Shown here piece by piece: positions 12,436-25,557 of a stretch of 64,000 bases of DNA (its first letter is position 1; the number at the start of each line of letters is the position of its first letter). The stretch is from Octopus vulgaris (Eukaryota), in contig OX597816.1 in NCBI GenBank assembly GCA_951406725.2, positions 129,022,001 to 129,086,000 on the forward strand, given 5' to 3'. A model generated the notes under the pieces. That model worked only from the letters and a program-made list of their open reading frames with translations. It did no database searches and was not told the DNA's origin. Made by a program: the position numbers and the translations under genes.

Positions 12436-12842
12436 GACTGGGTCCCATACTGGTGGCACGCAATTAGCACCATGCATGCAAGGGTCATTGCTAGTGCCAC
12501 CTGACTGGCTCCCCCTGCTGGTGGCATGTAAAAAGCACCATCTAAATGTGGTCGATACCAGCCCACCCACCCCGACTGGCTCCTGTGCTAATAGCACATA
12601 AAAAAGCACCATTTGAACATGACCGATACCAGTGCTGCCTGACTGGTTCCCGTACCGGTGGAACGTAAAAATCACCCACTACACTCTTGGAGTAGTTGGT
12701 GTTAGGAAGGACATCCAGCTGTAGAAACACTGCCTGATCAGATTGGAGCCTGGTGCAGCCTCCTAGTTTGCCAGTCCCCAGTCTAACCGTCCAACCCATG
12801 CCAGCATGGAAAACGGACATTAAATTAGGAGGAGGAGGAGGA
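12436..12842 (+). mobile_element. RTE LINE 3' UTR copy with tandem ggtggcacgtaaaaagcacc-type units
   Basis: Four related units, then the conserved terminal block acccatgccagcatggaaaacggac. Confidence 0.85.
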
Positions 12843-14000
12843 TACCCATGCACATACACACACTGAGATATACTTACACATGCCCTTACATATAGATAGA
12901 TAATTTAGATATAGGTATACAGAGATATATATATTTTTGCATATGTGTGTGTGTGTGTAAGTGTGTGAATGCATATGTTTACAAGCAATGTATTCCAGAA
13001 TATTATTACATATTTTAACATCTGTGTACGTGTATATGCTTGTAAGTGATTTTAATAAATGTCAATGAGTTTATACAAAGGGTGTATTTATAGTTGAATG
13101 GTTGTACATGTATTATAAGTGAGCGTGTCTGTTGAGACATTTTGTGTTTAACGACAACAAGATGTGTACAAACAGCAACTTGTCTGATACTGCGTAATTA
13201 TTGATAGGAATACTTGATTTGCTTGATTTCCAGACTAAAGATGAAAATCTGTCCTCTTATCTTGTAGAATTTATTCATGCGTGAGAAATAGAAAAGTTAC
13301 ATGAAGGTAGACTATTTCAGTAGAATTGATAAAATAAGTCACCAAAAATTTCTGAAATGGAAAAGAAGTTCAGGTAGAAAGTTTCAGCGAATGCATCAGT
13401 ATTGTCATACACAGATTGATTAATCATATTGGTTTATATGAAATGAATATAAAAAAAAAAAAACGTGAGAAAGAAAACGAAACAGAGAGACAGAGAGACA
13501 GGGAGACAGAGAGGCAGATAGACAGAGAGACAGACAGAGAGAGAAAGTCAGACAGATAAAGAGTAACATCTTTATGTGATTGGTACAAGAATGAAGGTAG
13601 AGAACTATTAAAGAAATTGTGTAATCAACAAAAATAGCTTGTATTATTCAATGGTGGATGAAGAATTTCAATATATCTATGTGTAAAGCATTGTAAACTA
13701 TAGAGAAGAGTTTTTTCTTTTGATACAATCAGAAATACCAAGAGTCAAAAACAACAGTGTGTTCAATGGAAATGAAAAGTAGGTGGGTATATTCAATTCC
13801 TGGATGTACATTGACCTTTTATAAAGGTTACAAGCTGCTTAGAGCAAAAGGTATTGCAAGTTTATCATTAAAAGAAATCATCCTTAATCTTTCGTTGTTC
13901 TTATTGCTGATATGTCAGACAAATACGAATTGTAAAATAATAAGTAGAATGTTTATACTTTATCAACTATCTACTAGGTTATCCCATATTTTCTATGTAT

Positions 14001-14137
14001 ATCATCATCATCATCATCATCATCATTTTAATATCCACTTTTTCATGCATACACGAGTCAGACCAAGTTTTCTGTGGTGGGTTTTCTATTGCTAGATGCC
14101 TTTCCTATCACCAACCCTCACCTTTTTCCAAGTAAGT
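14001..14137 (-). mobile_element. SINE family E tail (RTE-type 3' end)
   Basis: Reverse of the ggtgagggttgg..gcatggaaaa..gatgatg block at 23150-23360 and 48440-48780. Confidence 0.65.
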
Positions 14138-14151
14138 TCATATACATATAT

Positions 14152-14560
14152 TAAAGTGGAGGGACGTTGTGGAAGAAGGAGACCCAGGAAGACATGGGAT
14201 GAAGTATTGAAGGTCAATCTCAAAATGCTGAGCCTTAAAAAGGTGATGACAGAGGACCGAGATATATGGTACATTGCTGTGCTCAAGAAGACTCACCCAC
14301 CACAGTGAGATCCTAAAACCATGGTGCAACCATGGTGCAACATTAAAAGCATTGGTGTGGGTGCTGGTACCATGTAAAAAGTACTGGTAATGGAGCTATG
14401 TAAAAAGCACCCAGTACACTCTATGGAGTGGTTGGCATTAGGAAAAGCATCCAACCATAGAAATCAAGCCAAAACAGACTGTGGAACCTGATGCAGCCTC
14501 TGGCCTTGCCAGTTCCTGTCAAGCCAGCCAACTCATGCCAGCATGGAAAACGGACGTTAA

Positions 14561-14598
<38 letters not shown>
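14152..14598 (+). mobile_element. RTE LINE 3' end
   Basis: KVEGRCGRRRPRKTWDEVLKVNLKML..TEDRDIW (RGRPRKTW and DRxxW motifs), then 3' UTR and (GAT)n. Confidence 0.9.
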
Positions 14599-14601
<3 letters not shown>

Positions 14602-15172
14602 AACAAAACACCGTATGACATTTATGATATTATTTTCAATTCTATAGTTACAAAATGTATGTGTGCGTGTGTGTGTGTGTGCATGCACGTGTGGGAAGAT
14701 ATTGTTTTAAACATAATTTGTATTATTACAGTTTGTAACGTTTGATGGAGAAGAAATTAAACAGAAAATTGCATAAAGGACTGGTGAAACTACTTATATA
14801 ATAGATATCTCTTTATTTATGTAGAGCTGAGTAAGTTGTAGGGATTTTAAGACATCATTGAATGATTGCAGTATAGACAACTGCACTGGTATGGACATAT
14901 AAAGCAGATGTAAGATAGATATTATGCAAAAGTTGTCTTGTTGTGTGCTAATGACATTTTATTCAGATACAAGGCCAGCTATTGCTAGTCTATACCACTG
15001 GCTCCACTATTTGACTGACAATTTATTTTATCCACTCTAAAAGAGTAAAAGACAGAGTGACCATGGTAGTATTTGTTGCCTGTTAATAATAGTAGTATAG
15101 TAAGACATGATAAATTTATTTTTTCACTACAGCACGAGTTAGTTGTTTGGGACAGATGCTGACCAGTTAAAG

Positions 15173-15402
15173 GCAGTGAGCTGGCAGAAACGTTAGCATG
15201 CCGGGTGAAATGCTAAGCGGTATTTCGTCTGCTGTTACATTCTGAGTTCAAATTCTGCCGAGGCCAACTTTGCCTTTCATCTTTTCGGAGTCGATAAATT
15301 AACTACCAGTTATGCACTGGGGTCGATGTAATCGACTTAACCCCTTTGTCTGTCCTTGTTTGTCCCCTCTATGTTTAGCCCCTTGTGGGCAATAAAGAAA
15401 TA
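15173..15402 (+). mobile_element. SINE family B, full length, with ~19-bp flanking direct repeat
   Basis: agatgctgaccagttaaag at 15154-15172 and 15403-15421. Confidence 0.9.
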
Positions 15403-16144
15403 AGATGCTGACCAGTTAAAGTTGACATTGCACAAATTCAAACTACAACTTCTGCCCAAGTTGAAAATGCATTTGAAAACAGTAAGTTGTGTTAGTTGCT
15501 GTGAAGACGTTAAACTGTTAACAATGTACTATCAAGCTTCTCATTCTGTCAGCTTCATCTAGAACTTGGAAGATTCAATTTCTTAGTTACTATGACTACT
15601 GAGCTAAGTTTTTTTTATCACACAGCCATGCCTGTTGAAGAAATCTAAGTAAGCATAATGCAGATATCACAGGTTAGTGCTCAGAAGGACGAAAATTGAA
15701 ACTCCAGCACCTTCATCCAAAGTTAGTACCTCTGGCATTGAAAGTTAGTCATAAGAATTATCATTGCCGAGTTATTATAGAGGTAGAAAGGTAGATGAAC
15801 ACATATAGGCATAATATGTACATTTACATGGAATACAAAACCCAGAGTATGAAATAAATAATACCAAAAAAAAAACAGTGGAATTATGTAACAGTCTTAT
15901 CTTAATAGCTGTTTTAAGAGTTCCATGGCTCCAATGGCTATGTGAGATGAAATCATGGAACCTATGTTATAAACACACTATGTATGATTGTGATTATGAC
16001 ATAAACCATGCTGCTCCCGAAACAGATGTCAAGATAAGAATATTACATAATTCTTTCAGTTTACTTTTTTCCATACCTTGTATTTTGTATTCCATGTAAA
16101 CATACACATTAAGCCTACTTGTGTTTATCTGCCTTTCTATTTCT

Positions 16145-16353
16145 GTGTGTGTGTGTGTGCACGTGTGTGCGCGTGCACGTGTGTGCGCATGCATGTGTGT
16201 GTGCGTGTGTGTGTATGTGTGTGTGTACATGTGTGCATGCATGCATGTGTACATGTGTGTACACATATATATGTACATATATACATATGCATATATATAT
16301 ATATATATGTGCATATATAGACAGAGATATAGATATATAATATATACAGAGAC

Positions 16354-16439
<86 letters not shown>
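16145..16439. repeat. Compound (TG)n/(TA)n/(AG)n microsatellite
   Basis: Read directly; pure (AG)n from about 16357 to 16439. Confidence 0.95.
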
Positions 16440-16442
<3 letters not shown>

Positions 16443-16664
16443 AGAGTGAAATGAGAAGTAGATCCTTATAACAATGCTTCAAAATAACTAATTTTCAGAA
16501 ATTTTCAATCAAGTATCTCTTTAAAATTACACTGAAATTCTGCAACAATTGTTCAAAATATTCACATTTACATTTCAATAGTTTTACATTAATTACCAAA
16601 ATTTAGTTGTGAGACTTGTACCTATGGATTTGCTTTGAATTTGAGCATTAGTCATTGACTCAAC

Positions 16665-16985
16665 TTCATCACCATCATCATCATTTAGCATTCGCTTTCC
16701 ATGCTGGCATGGGTTAGATGGTTTGACTGGACCTGGTAAACCAGAGAGCTACACCAAGTTCCAGTGTGATTTTGTCTTGGTTTCTGTGGCTAGATGCCCT
16801 TCCTAATGCCAGCCACTCCAAGAATGTATTAGGTGCCTCTTATGTTTCACCAGTACAGATGCTTTTACATATCACTACTACAGTTGATTTTACATGTCGC
16901 CAACACCGACCACAACTACGATTCTACATGACAAGTTTTCTCAAGCACAGCAAATCACTTGTCATCACCTCAGTGAGATCCAACT
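16665..16985 (-). mobile_element. RTE LINE 3' UTR copy
   Basis: catcatcatttagc..ttccatgctggcatgggtt..gatgcccttcctaatgcc. Confidence 0.85.
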
Positions 16986-17407
16986 TGTAGTTTAATATTG
17001 TTTTACTTGGCTAAACATTTTTTTTTATAAGTTATACATTAGATAAGATTGGTGCTGTCCATTTTCACCTGTTGTGTCCAGTATCTATTAAGAACAACAT
17101 TTATTCCTTGTCATTCTTGCATACCACATATTTAATTTTGAAAGAAAAAAATTTGGTTTCTGGCTAACATTTACTTTTATAGAAAATGCAGCTTGTTTTT
17201 GTGTTTAAATCTGTTTCCCATGTTTATCCAGAAGAGAAAAACCAATATCCATTATCAGGGCCTCTGAGACTAGTAAGAGAATCAGAGTAAGAAATAAAGA
17301 TTCCAAAGTCATTCACAGAACAGGAACCTGGTTTGAATGCCTGTGACAGAATGGTGTCCATTATAAGTTCCTAGGGATTAAATAATAATGTTAGACCAGG
17401 AAATAGA

Positions 17408-17634
17408 TAAACCCTTAGAATTTAAACCAGTCATATCCAGCCCAAACATTTTACCTGTTTTATGTTCAAACCATCCACATCTGAACCCTCACACCTACCC
17501 TACAATGTCATTCTAAAAAGTAAACAATCACATCATCAACATCTTAAAGCTTCAAAATAATGCATGATTAATTCAAAACAATGTGAATGAATAAGCATTA
17601 CATTTGACAGAGTAATCTGAATGCTAAGAGTTAA
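17408..17634. mobile_element. TTAA-type (piggyBac-like) MITE family 1
   Basis: taaacccttagaatt .. aatgctaagagttaa; about 227 bp; reverse complement of 23904-24131. Confidence 0.8.
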
Positions 17635-18487
17635 GTCAAACAAATAGATGCAGTCAATCTGATAAGCTTCCATGCAGTCTTGTGGGATTGAACCTATAAC
17701 TGCATTGATTGTGAAGTAAACATCTTAACCATACAGCCATGCTTACTGTCAATCACACAAGTTTTCCCAGTGTAGAGTGTGCTTCAACATTGTTAAGCAT
17801 TTTAAATTAATCTTCTAAATTTCAAAATTGTTTTTGTAATTCTTTGATTTCTTCTTCATTCTCTGAGTAAAACCAGCAAGGCAAGAATACAGAAATTCCC
17901 ATGGGAATCTTGTAGCAAAGAACTCACAATTCAGAAGTTAATATATTTGAAATGGATTGAATTTAATTATTTCAAACATTTCTGAAGATAAAATGACAAT
18001 ATCAATTATTAGAATTAATAAAGCAGATATACTTCCTGTTCCATTTAGGTAAATACTTGGCGCATAGAGTGAACAATAGAGCTTCCCTCTATGCTAAAAA
18101 TGACAGCTGAATTCCCTTCATTCACACCCTATCATCTTAATGATAGTCTTAGATCTATAAAAATATAGGACTGCAATGGCTTACTTGGGATTAGTCAATA
18201 ACAACAACAATAGCAACAACAGTTGGGACACTGGAGTATACAAAAGACTTCATCTCAGAATAGTATATTTAGGACATATCTGTTTAGGCTAAACTTAAAG
18301 AAGGATTTAGTGTAAGCAGTGAAAAATTGATAACATTCATCATTTATATACTGCTCCTACTATTAGTAATGAACTAAATAGTTTGTATTTTTTTATTGAT
18401 CTGTTAAATTACACAAAAACATGCTTTTGGAAAAAGAAAATGTATCTCAGAATTATAATCGCTAAATCAATACTTAATAATTTCATG

Positions 18488-18910
18488 TCTTCTTTTTCTT
18501 CTTCTTCTTCTTCTTCTTCTTCTTCTTTTCTTTTTCTTCTTTCTTTCTTCTCCTCCTCTCTTTCTTCTCTTCTTCATATTGTTCTCCCCTCTTCTTCTTC
18601 TTCTACCCTGTTCTTCTTCCCCTTCTCTTTCTCTTCTTCTCCTCCTACTCATCTTTTCCTTCTCCTCCTCTTCTTTTCTTCTTTTCTTCTCCTACTCCTC
18701 TTCTTCTTCTCCCCTCTCCTTCTCCTCATCCTCCTCTTCTTCTTTTCCCCTCCTCTTCTCCTCTTGTTCTTCTTCTCTTCTTTTCCACTCCTCTTCCTGC
18801 ACTTCTTCTTCTTCTTTTTCTTCTTCTTCTTCTTCTTCTTCTTCTTCTTCTTCTTCTTCTTCTTCTTCTTCTTCTTCTTCTTCTTCTTCTTCTCCTTCTT
18901 CTTTCTTCTT
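18488..18910. repeat. (CTT)n/(CCT)n polypyrimidine tract
   Basis: About 420 bp of near-pure pyrimidine. Confidence 0.95.
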
Positions 18911-18924
18911 GCTATTGTTATAGC

Positions 18925-19110
18925 TGTTGTTTAGCCCCAGGTTTGTTCTAATCAAGCCAACCTATGATCAAAGACACTCACTCTATGACCAGCCAGTCTT
19001 CGTTCAGGCATGACATATCTAAAACTACATAATCTATTATGTTCTGTTTAAGATATTTGGATGATGTTTAAGGAAGATTCAGCTATCGTTCATAGCAGAT
19101 CAAGCATTTG
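18925..19110 (-). mobile_element. Retroposon family D tail with (AAC)n end
   Basis: ttgtttagccccagg..atcaagc..acctatgatcaaag; related copies near 6600-6685, 11750-11800, 27990-28170 and 42690-42870. Confidence 0.6.
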
Positions 19111-19507
19111 AAACCATGCTTTTCATTTCAAACTACATTTTAATATGGCATTACTTAACATCATATGGTTAACTATGTAGTTTGATTTACTATGGGACAT
19201 GAGTTTGTACTCTATAAGGAAAATGTATGATGATATATATTTCAAGCATTACTTTTCATTTGTTTTTGCTTTTTTTTTGTCTTTAGTTTAGTTTTTTTTA
19301 TTTCTTATAAATATAAATGATAAACACTTCAGGGGGAACTAAAAACAACTAAATAAAGCTAAGTTTTTCCTATCTTGATAACAAGCCTTTCCTTTTAATT
19401 CCATATTTTATTTCTCCATACTATTTTTTTTTCTTAACTTGTTTACTTAGACAAATATATAATCATAAATATTTTTTCCACTTCTTTATACATATGTGTG
19501 TATTTTA

Positions 19508-19549
<42 letters not shown>

Positions 19550-21202
19550 CTTACACACTCACACACACACACACACACACACATCACATATGTATATGTG
19601 TATGTATGTATGTATGTATGTATGTATGTATGCTTGTGCATGCATGTGTGTGTGTGTGTGTGTGTAATGAATTGCTGACTTCCTGTCTGCTTCAGAAAAT
19701 ATATCAAATCTTACAGAAGTATGTCTCTCAGTGCATGCATCAAGGTGTTTAAAATGTCAATGATTAGAACATCTGACACCAAAAACTTTCTAAAGGGATT
19801 AAAATATATTTAATAAACGTAAGTGTAGGTAGTGGAAAATATTGATAGCATCAAATAAATTCCCTCCAGCTGAGTCAGCAAGCTAGTTCAAATATCCAGC
19901 TGAGGCCAATTCACAATTCACTATATCTTTAGTGTTGAAGGCTCTTAAGAAATGTATGAATGTTTCACAATCTCATTTCTCTCTTCTCTAAATTTGTGTC
20001 TTTGTAAAGAATCAATAAAGTGAGTGCTTGACTTATCTATGAATAAATGAGACGTTTAGTAACAGACCATCATAAGTACCACAACTTAAAAACTGAGAAA
20101 AACACAGTCAAAGCTTCACAACTTTCAGAATGTGATATCTCGGCAAGGAATGGAGTTAGGAAGCTGGTTTTGGTCTTAAAATGACCGTAAAGGCCTCCTC
20201 TAATCATTCCATCTATGTAAAATTATTTATTTATGTATGCATTTGAAAGACGAAACAATGACTGCGTCTTTCTCATTTTCTAGAATATACTGGTACTACG
20301 AAATGGTATATCACATTGCATATTTTAACCATGATACATAGAAAAAACATACAAATATCACCAAAGGTATTGTTTGTGTTTTAATATACCAAGGTAAGTA
20401 TCTTTAAGAGGTAAGTAAGTCAAGATAGTAAAATAATAGCCCATTATCATTACAATGGTAAGAAGGAATATTAGAAATTGAACCATAACACCTCAAAAAC
20501 CAATACAGGAACCACACCAAAGTTATTGATTGAACATGTGTGCTTACGATGGTGTATTACTAAACTCTCTGGTCTGAGTTTGGGTGAGCAAGCGTTGTGT
20601 CATTAGCGTCGGGGTACAATTATTTTCAGCCAGATTTTCAACCTTATTGCAAGCCTCACCAATTCTTCTTCCCAACTTTACGGATTCTAGACGCCAAGAC
20701 AAAGAAAATTATATACTTACCTCAAAAATGGTTGGGGTGATGCTTACAACACTGTTACTAAACACCTCAAATATACACATCATGCATTTAATTAAGCATG
20801 ATTCCAGTTTTAGTTCCACTACTACTACTACTATACAGTCCTGGACTGACCAAAGTTGATTTAGTAGATGGAAACTAGAAGAAACGCATCTATCTCTCAC
20901 AATAAATTTGATACAAATAATTTAGTGTGGCCTTCTGTTTTGACAGGTTTATGAAATATGGTTATATGTAGATATCAGGGTCACTTTTTACTCGTTGCCA
21001 AAATGAAAGGGTGAACATACATTCCACACCTTGGTGTTTTCTGAACTGAATTTTAAGTTTTAAAATGTTAAGTTTTTAATTCACCTGAAGTAAACAGATT
21101 TTTTTTCATGATGTAACCAGATTATTCATCAATAAAAAATGTGTCTGAAACAGTTATAGTGAACCCTGATCCCCGTTTGTGTTCTTTTTTTACATATATA
21201 TA

Positions 21203-22039
21203 CAATGGGTAAATTGTTGCTATTTTATATTTTTAATTTTATGCATGCATATTGTTTGTTTTTGATTTTATTGACGACACAGTATAGTAGAATCAGTTGG
21301 ACATCATGATGCAATTCACTCAACCAGAAATTTGGAAACAACATACTGTACTGCTTGGCATTCATGCTGGAAGCTCCAATACAAACATTTCAGAGTGTTT
21401 GGGTGTCAATTTGAGGACAGTGCAATCTGAGGACATACACCAAGAATGATAAAAATCAAACATCCAGTCAACATCATAGTGTTTGGAGAGATCAGTAGTG
21501 ATAGTGACAATATACCTCCATTCATCTTCCCACATGGCCTCAGGCTCAACAAAGAGGCCTACATCAAGTGCCTGGATAAGGTAATGCTGCCCTGGGTCAA
21601 GAGGGTGGCTCTGGAAGACCCTACATCTGGCAGCAAGACTCTGCAACATGCCACTCAAGCAGGAGAAGCCAGTCATGGCTGTCAGACAATTTCTGCAACC
21701 ACATTACCCCTAACTCCCCACACTGCAACCCCCTTGATTATTATGTGTGGGGTACAGTTGAGTGAAAGATCAACAAAACTCCTTGTAACACTAAAGGTGA
21801 ACTGAAGGCAAGGATTATGGCAGCAGTCATCAACAAAGAGACCATCCAGAAAAGTTGCAGGAGATTCTGAAGGCATCTGGAGGCCATGGTGGAAGCCAAT
21901 GGCAATTTTATTGAATAAATTTACTCTTTAGTATTTCAAGATGATTTTATGTAATTTTGTTAAATATATCTGTTAAAATGAGATGTCAGTGTTATTTCAT
22001 TTTTGAGTAATTTAGACAACAATATATTCACCGCACACA
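21203..22039 (+). mobile_element. Tc1/mariner superfamily relic, DD37D (maT)-like, internally deleted
   Basis: N-terminal HTH-like IHAGSSNTNISECLGVNLRTVQ; KHPVNIIVFGEISSD..PPFIFPHGL; WQQDSATCH; NSPHCNPLDYYVWG (third residue D); VEANGNFIE*; imperfect TIRs next to TA. Confidence 0.85.
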
Positions 22040-22049
22040 TATATGTGGC

Positions 22050-22437
22050 TGGAGTGGCTGTGTGGTAAGTAGCTTGCTAACCAACCACATGGTTCCGGGT
22101 TCAGTCCCACTGTGTGGCATCTTGGGCAAGTGTCTTCTGCTATAGCCCCGGGCCGACCAATGCCTTGTGAGTGGATTTGGTAGACGGAAACTGAAAGAAG
22201 CCTGTCGTATATATGTATATATATATATAAGTGTGTGTGTCTGTGTTTGTCCCCCTAGCATTGCTTGACAACCGATGCTTGTGTGTTTACGCCCCCGTCA
22301 CTTAGCGGTTTGGCAAAAGAGACCGATAGAATAAGTACTGGGCTTACAAAGAATAAGTCCCGGGGTCGATTTGATCGACTAAAGGCGGTGCTCCAGCATG
22401 GCTGCAGTCAAATGACTGAAACAAGGAAAAGAGTAAG
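22050..22437 (+). mobile_element. SINE family A, full length, young
   Basis: Retains CpGs; head, internal microsatellite and tail are all present. Confidence 0.92.
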
Positions 22438-22705
22438 ATTATATATATGTATATATATATAGGTAATGGTGCCATTAGAATCTTACATTGTGTATAAACT
22501 CTATATTTGGATTGAACAATTTTAAATGCTGTTGAATTTTTCTCATAAGGTATTGGAATCTTACATATATATACAATTCTGCCTAAAAAATGCATCTACA
22601 AATTCAATATCCCTACATATCTCACATCTATTTTCTTTCCTCCACCTCACTCTCTATTTTGTAGCCCATCTAAATTAATTATTACTGAACCATCCTCTCA
22701 CACCG

Positions 22706-22755
22706 TCTCCAATGAAGGGATATAATTAATAAATATCCTGGAAACAGCTGTAAGA
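22706..22755 (+). ncRNA. Degenerate type-I HHR in a PLE pseudo-LTR (pLTR)-like element (~22465-22800)
   Basis: tct-CCAATGA-a-gggatat..atatcct-g-GAAA-cagctg-TA-aga; palindromic ACAGCTGT stem III; two substitutions in the core. Confidence 0.5.
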
Positions 22756-22856
22756 ACTTCTATCTATAAATGTTCTAATATCTACACAGCCTTGGTTGTT
22801 TTTCTCATTACGCAAACAATTCTTATATACACATATACATATAATATATATATATA

Positions 22857-22892
<36 letters not shown>

Positions 22893-22894
<2 letters not shown>

Positions 22895-23072
22895 GATGTA
22901 AAAAAAACACCCAGTACACTCTATTAGAGTGGCTGGCATTTGAAAGGGCATCCATCCATAGAAACCATGTAAATTGCAGCCAAATCTTCTTCAAACATCA
23001 TCGTGCCAGAACAAACAAGAGAGCTTGGTGCAGGGCCCCAGCCTTACCAGCTCTTGTCAAAATGGACATTAA

Positions 23073-23117
<45 letters not shown>

Positions 23118-23360
23118 TGATGATGATATTTGTGCATATGTGTGAGTGCGTGTGTAAGTTTGTGACTCCTTCTCATGACATCGTGTGACTGTAAATGAAT
23201 ATAATTCATTTCAAATATTCTGCAAAACGATGTCTGGCCATGGAGAAATATTATCTTGCTTCATAACAAGTGGGAATATCCATCCATTGAAAATCTGCCT
23301 AAGTATACTCTGCAAAAGCCATGCATGCAAGGAAAAGTGGACATTAAAACGATGATGATG
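22893..23360 (+). mobile_element. RTE 3' UTR copy followed by a family E tail
   Basis: Two (GAT)n-tailed blocks ending near 23127 and 23360. Confidence 0.7.
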
Positions 23361-23903
23361 ACACATTTGTGAGAGTTTCTTTATTTTGTAAATCTCACAT
23401 GTTTATAGAAAGGTTTCCTCACAAATTTTGTACAAAGCATTTTAGCTATTGTTTGTATTCAACACTTCTCAGAAGTAGCGGTTAAATACAGTTTATACAC
23501 AGCATTCATGTGTTGTTTCTGTGCAATAAATCACCTGTAATATACTATAACCTAGTTATTGGTTTTTATACACACGTGCACGCACACTCACACATATACA
23601 TACACACACACACACACACGCACACACACACATACACACACACACATATATATAAGATATTCTTTCATTTGGTTTTGTATGCCTTTATGTGAGTGTATAT
23701 AGACGACTATGTAAATAAGACAGCAACCAAACGGCCTAAATGTTGGTAGATTCTTTTCCTACTCACTGGCATAGTTTACAAATGTATGCAACAGCAAATA
23801 AAATTAACAAATGCAGCTCTGAGTTCAGTTCTTCCTATGAGAAAAATGTTATCTACAAATAGACTGTAAGCCTCCCCAGGTTTAGATTTTCCCCTTATCT
23901 GCT

Positions 23904-24131
23904 TTAACCCTTTAGCATTCAGATTACTCTGTCAAATGTTGTGCTTATTTATTCACTTTGTTTTGAATTTATAATATATTATCCCGTAGCTTTGAAATTT
24001 TGATGATGTGGTTGTACAATTTTTAAATGACATTGTTGGGTAGGTGTGACAATCCAGATCTAGTTAGTTTAAATGTTAAACACATAGAATAATTAGACTA
24101 AATATGGCCAGTTTAAATGCTATATGGTTTA
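23904..24131. mobile_element. TTAA-type (piggyBac-like) MITE family 1
   Basis: TTAA-ccctttagcatt .. aatgctatatgg-ttta; CCC terminus and TTAA target. Confidence 0.8.
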
Positions 24132-25420
24132 TCCACAGAAACCAGAAATAAGCATTTTATCAAACAAAGGACTAATTATTAGATGTTATACTTAACAGAA
24201 GACTGATTTCTTTTCATTTCAGCATAACTAAATGTATAAAAGGTACCAAAACCTTTGATAATACTAGCTGCAGTAGTCTAGCCTCTTGTCTGAGAAGTAA
24301 TCTGTCTATCATTTATTTAATACTGCAGAAAGTGTTCTGATTAATCTATGCAATTCATAGGAAAGTTTACTAGACTACTTCTCATAGAATCACTACTTTG
24401 GTAAACTGGGATTATAGGGTTTATCTTCTAGATTGATTGCTGGTAATATTTTAATTTTAGAACTCATAAAATATTCATGAAAAACTAGAAAACATTCATT
24501 AGATGGAGTAATAACCAAGAAAAGTCAGTTCTCTATTAAATTATGTATCATAAATTTATCTCTGTAATTCTTACCTCTATCAGTAGAAATAGATAAGCAG
24601 AATAATTTTTTATAAAGTATCAAGAGAGAAATGTGGGCAGACAGTTTGATAAGTCATTAAACTGTCGTTTTATAGGTATTTTATTTTTGATAACAATGAT
24701 TTAATAGTCAGAGGGTGAAAAATAGATGTGACTGGACAGGAAAGAGAAAATTATGAAAGAAAGATTTTTTTAATATAACAAAAGGTAAGCTTGAAAAGAA
24801 TGTCTAACTCTTAATTCTAACAGCTGCATGTAGGACATGTAATAAAATCTTTTGTCATTTATTTTACTATTTTCTGTATATCAGTATAGAATAGTTTATT
24901 CCACTAGTCATTCACAATACCCAGTTTATCAATATCTTTGTCTTTGTAACACAAAGCAGTAATCACAGTAGCTGCATAGCAAATCACATAAGCATGTTTG
25001 CAATATTTTCTTTAGCTTATATTCACAGTGATATTTTAGTTCAAATTAGCATCATAATGTAATTACTATGGAATTCAATTCATTCTAATACTTTATAAAC
25101 TATTTTCTTGCATCAACACCAGTCTGAAGGCTAACAAGCCAATGAAAATGAATGACATATAGGTAACAGCTTATAAAATATGATAATGGATCATACTTAT
25201 GAATACTTGGAAAATATAAACTGCACAAAAATTCCTTGTTAAGTATTTAGGTTAAGTCTTCCATTTTTTTTTTTTTTTGTATAAGTGACATTTCCAATAC
25301 AATAACTATGATTTCTGTATACATTGAGACCAGACAGCAACAATTTGGCAGTGAATGAATTAGTTGATAAAGAAATAAGACATTAGCTTTTTGTCAAAGA
25401 GTTAATTTTGAAGAGGCTCT

Positions 25421-25557
25421 TTAACCTTTCAGTAAGTGGTTTATTTTCCATGGTACCATTGGTCAGCCAGGGTTTGTATTGATAACAATGCTTTTGTGAC
25501 AAATTCCATTCACAGCCAACAGTGACCAATATATCACTTCATTTATCAAAAGGTTAA
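25421..25557. mobile_element. Short TTAA-flanked MITE candidate
   Basis: ttaaccttt..aaaggttaa with internal inverted attggtca/tgaccaat. Confidence 0.4.

Noticed and set aside
18383-18955. Poly-F, poly-S and poly-E ORFs
   Set aside because: Produced by the (CTT)n tract.
20284-20393. Exon candidate with ttttctag acceptor and caag|gtaagt donor
   Set aside because: All three frames contain stops before the donor; no support without transcript data.
22050-22125. SINE heads as genuine tRNA genes
   Set aside because: A and B boxes are present, but they run into SINE bodies without a proper acceptor stem or terminator.
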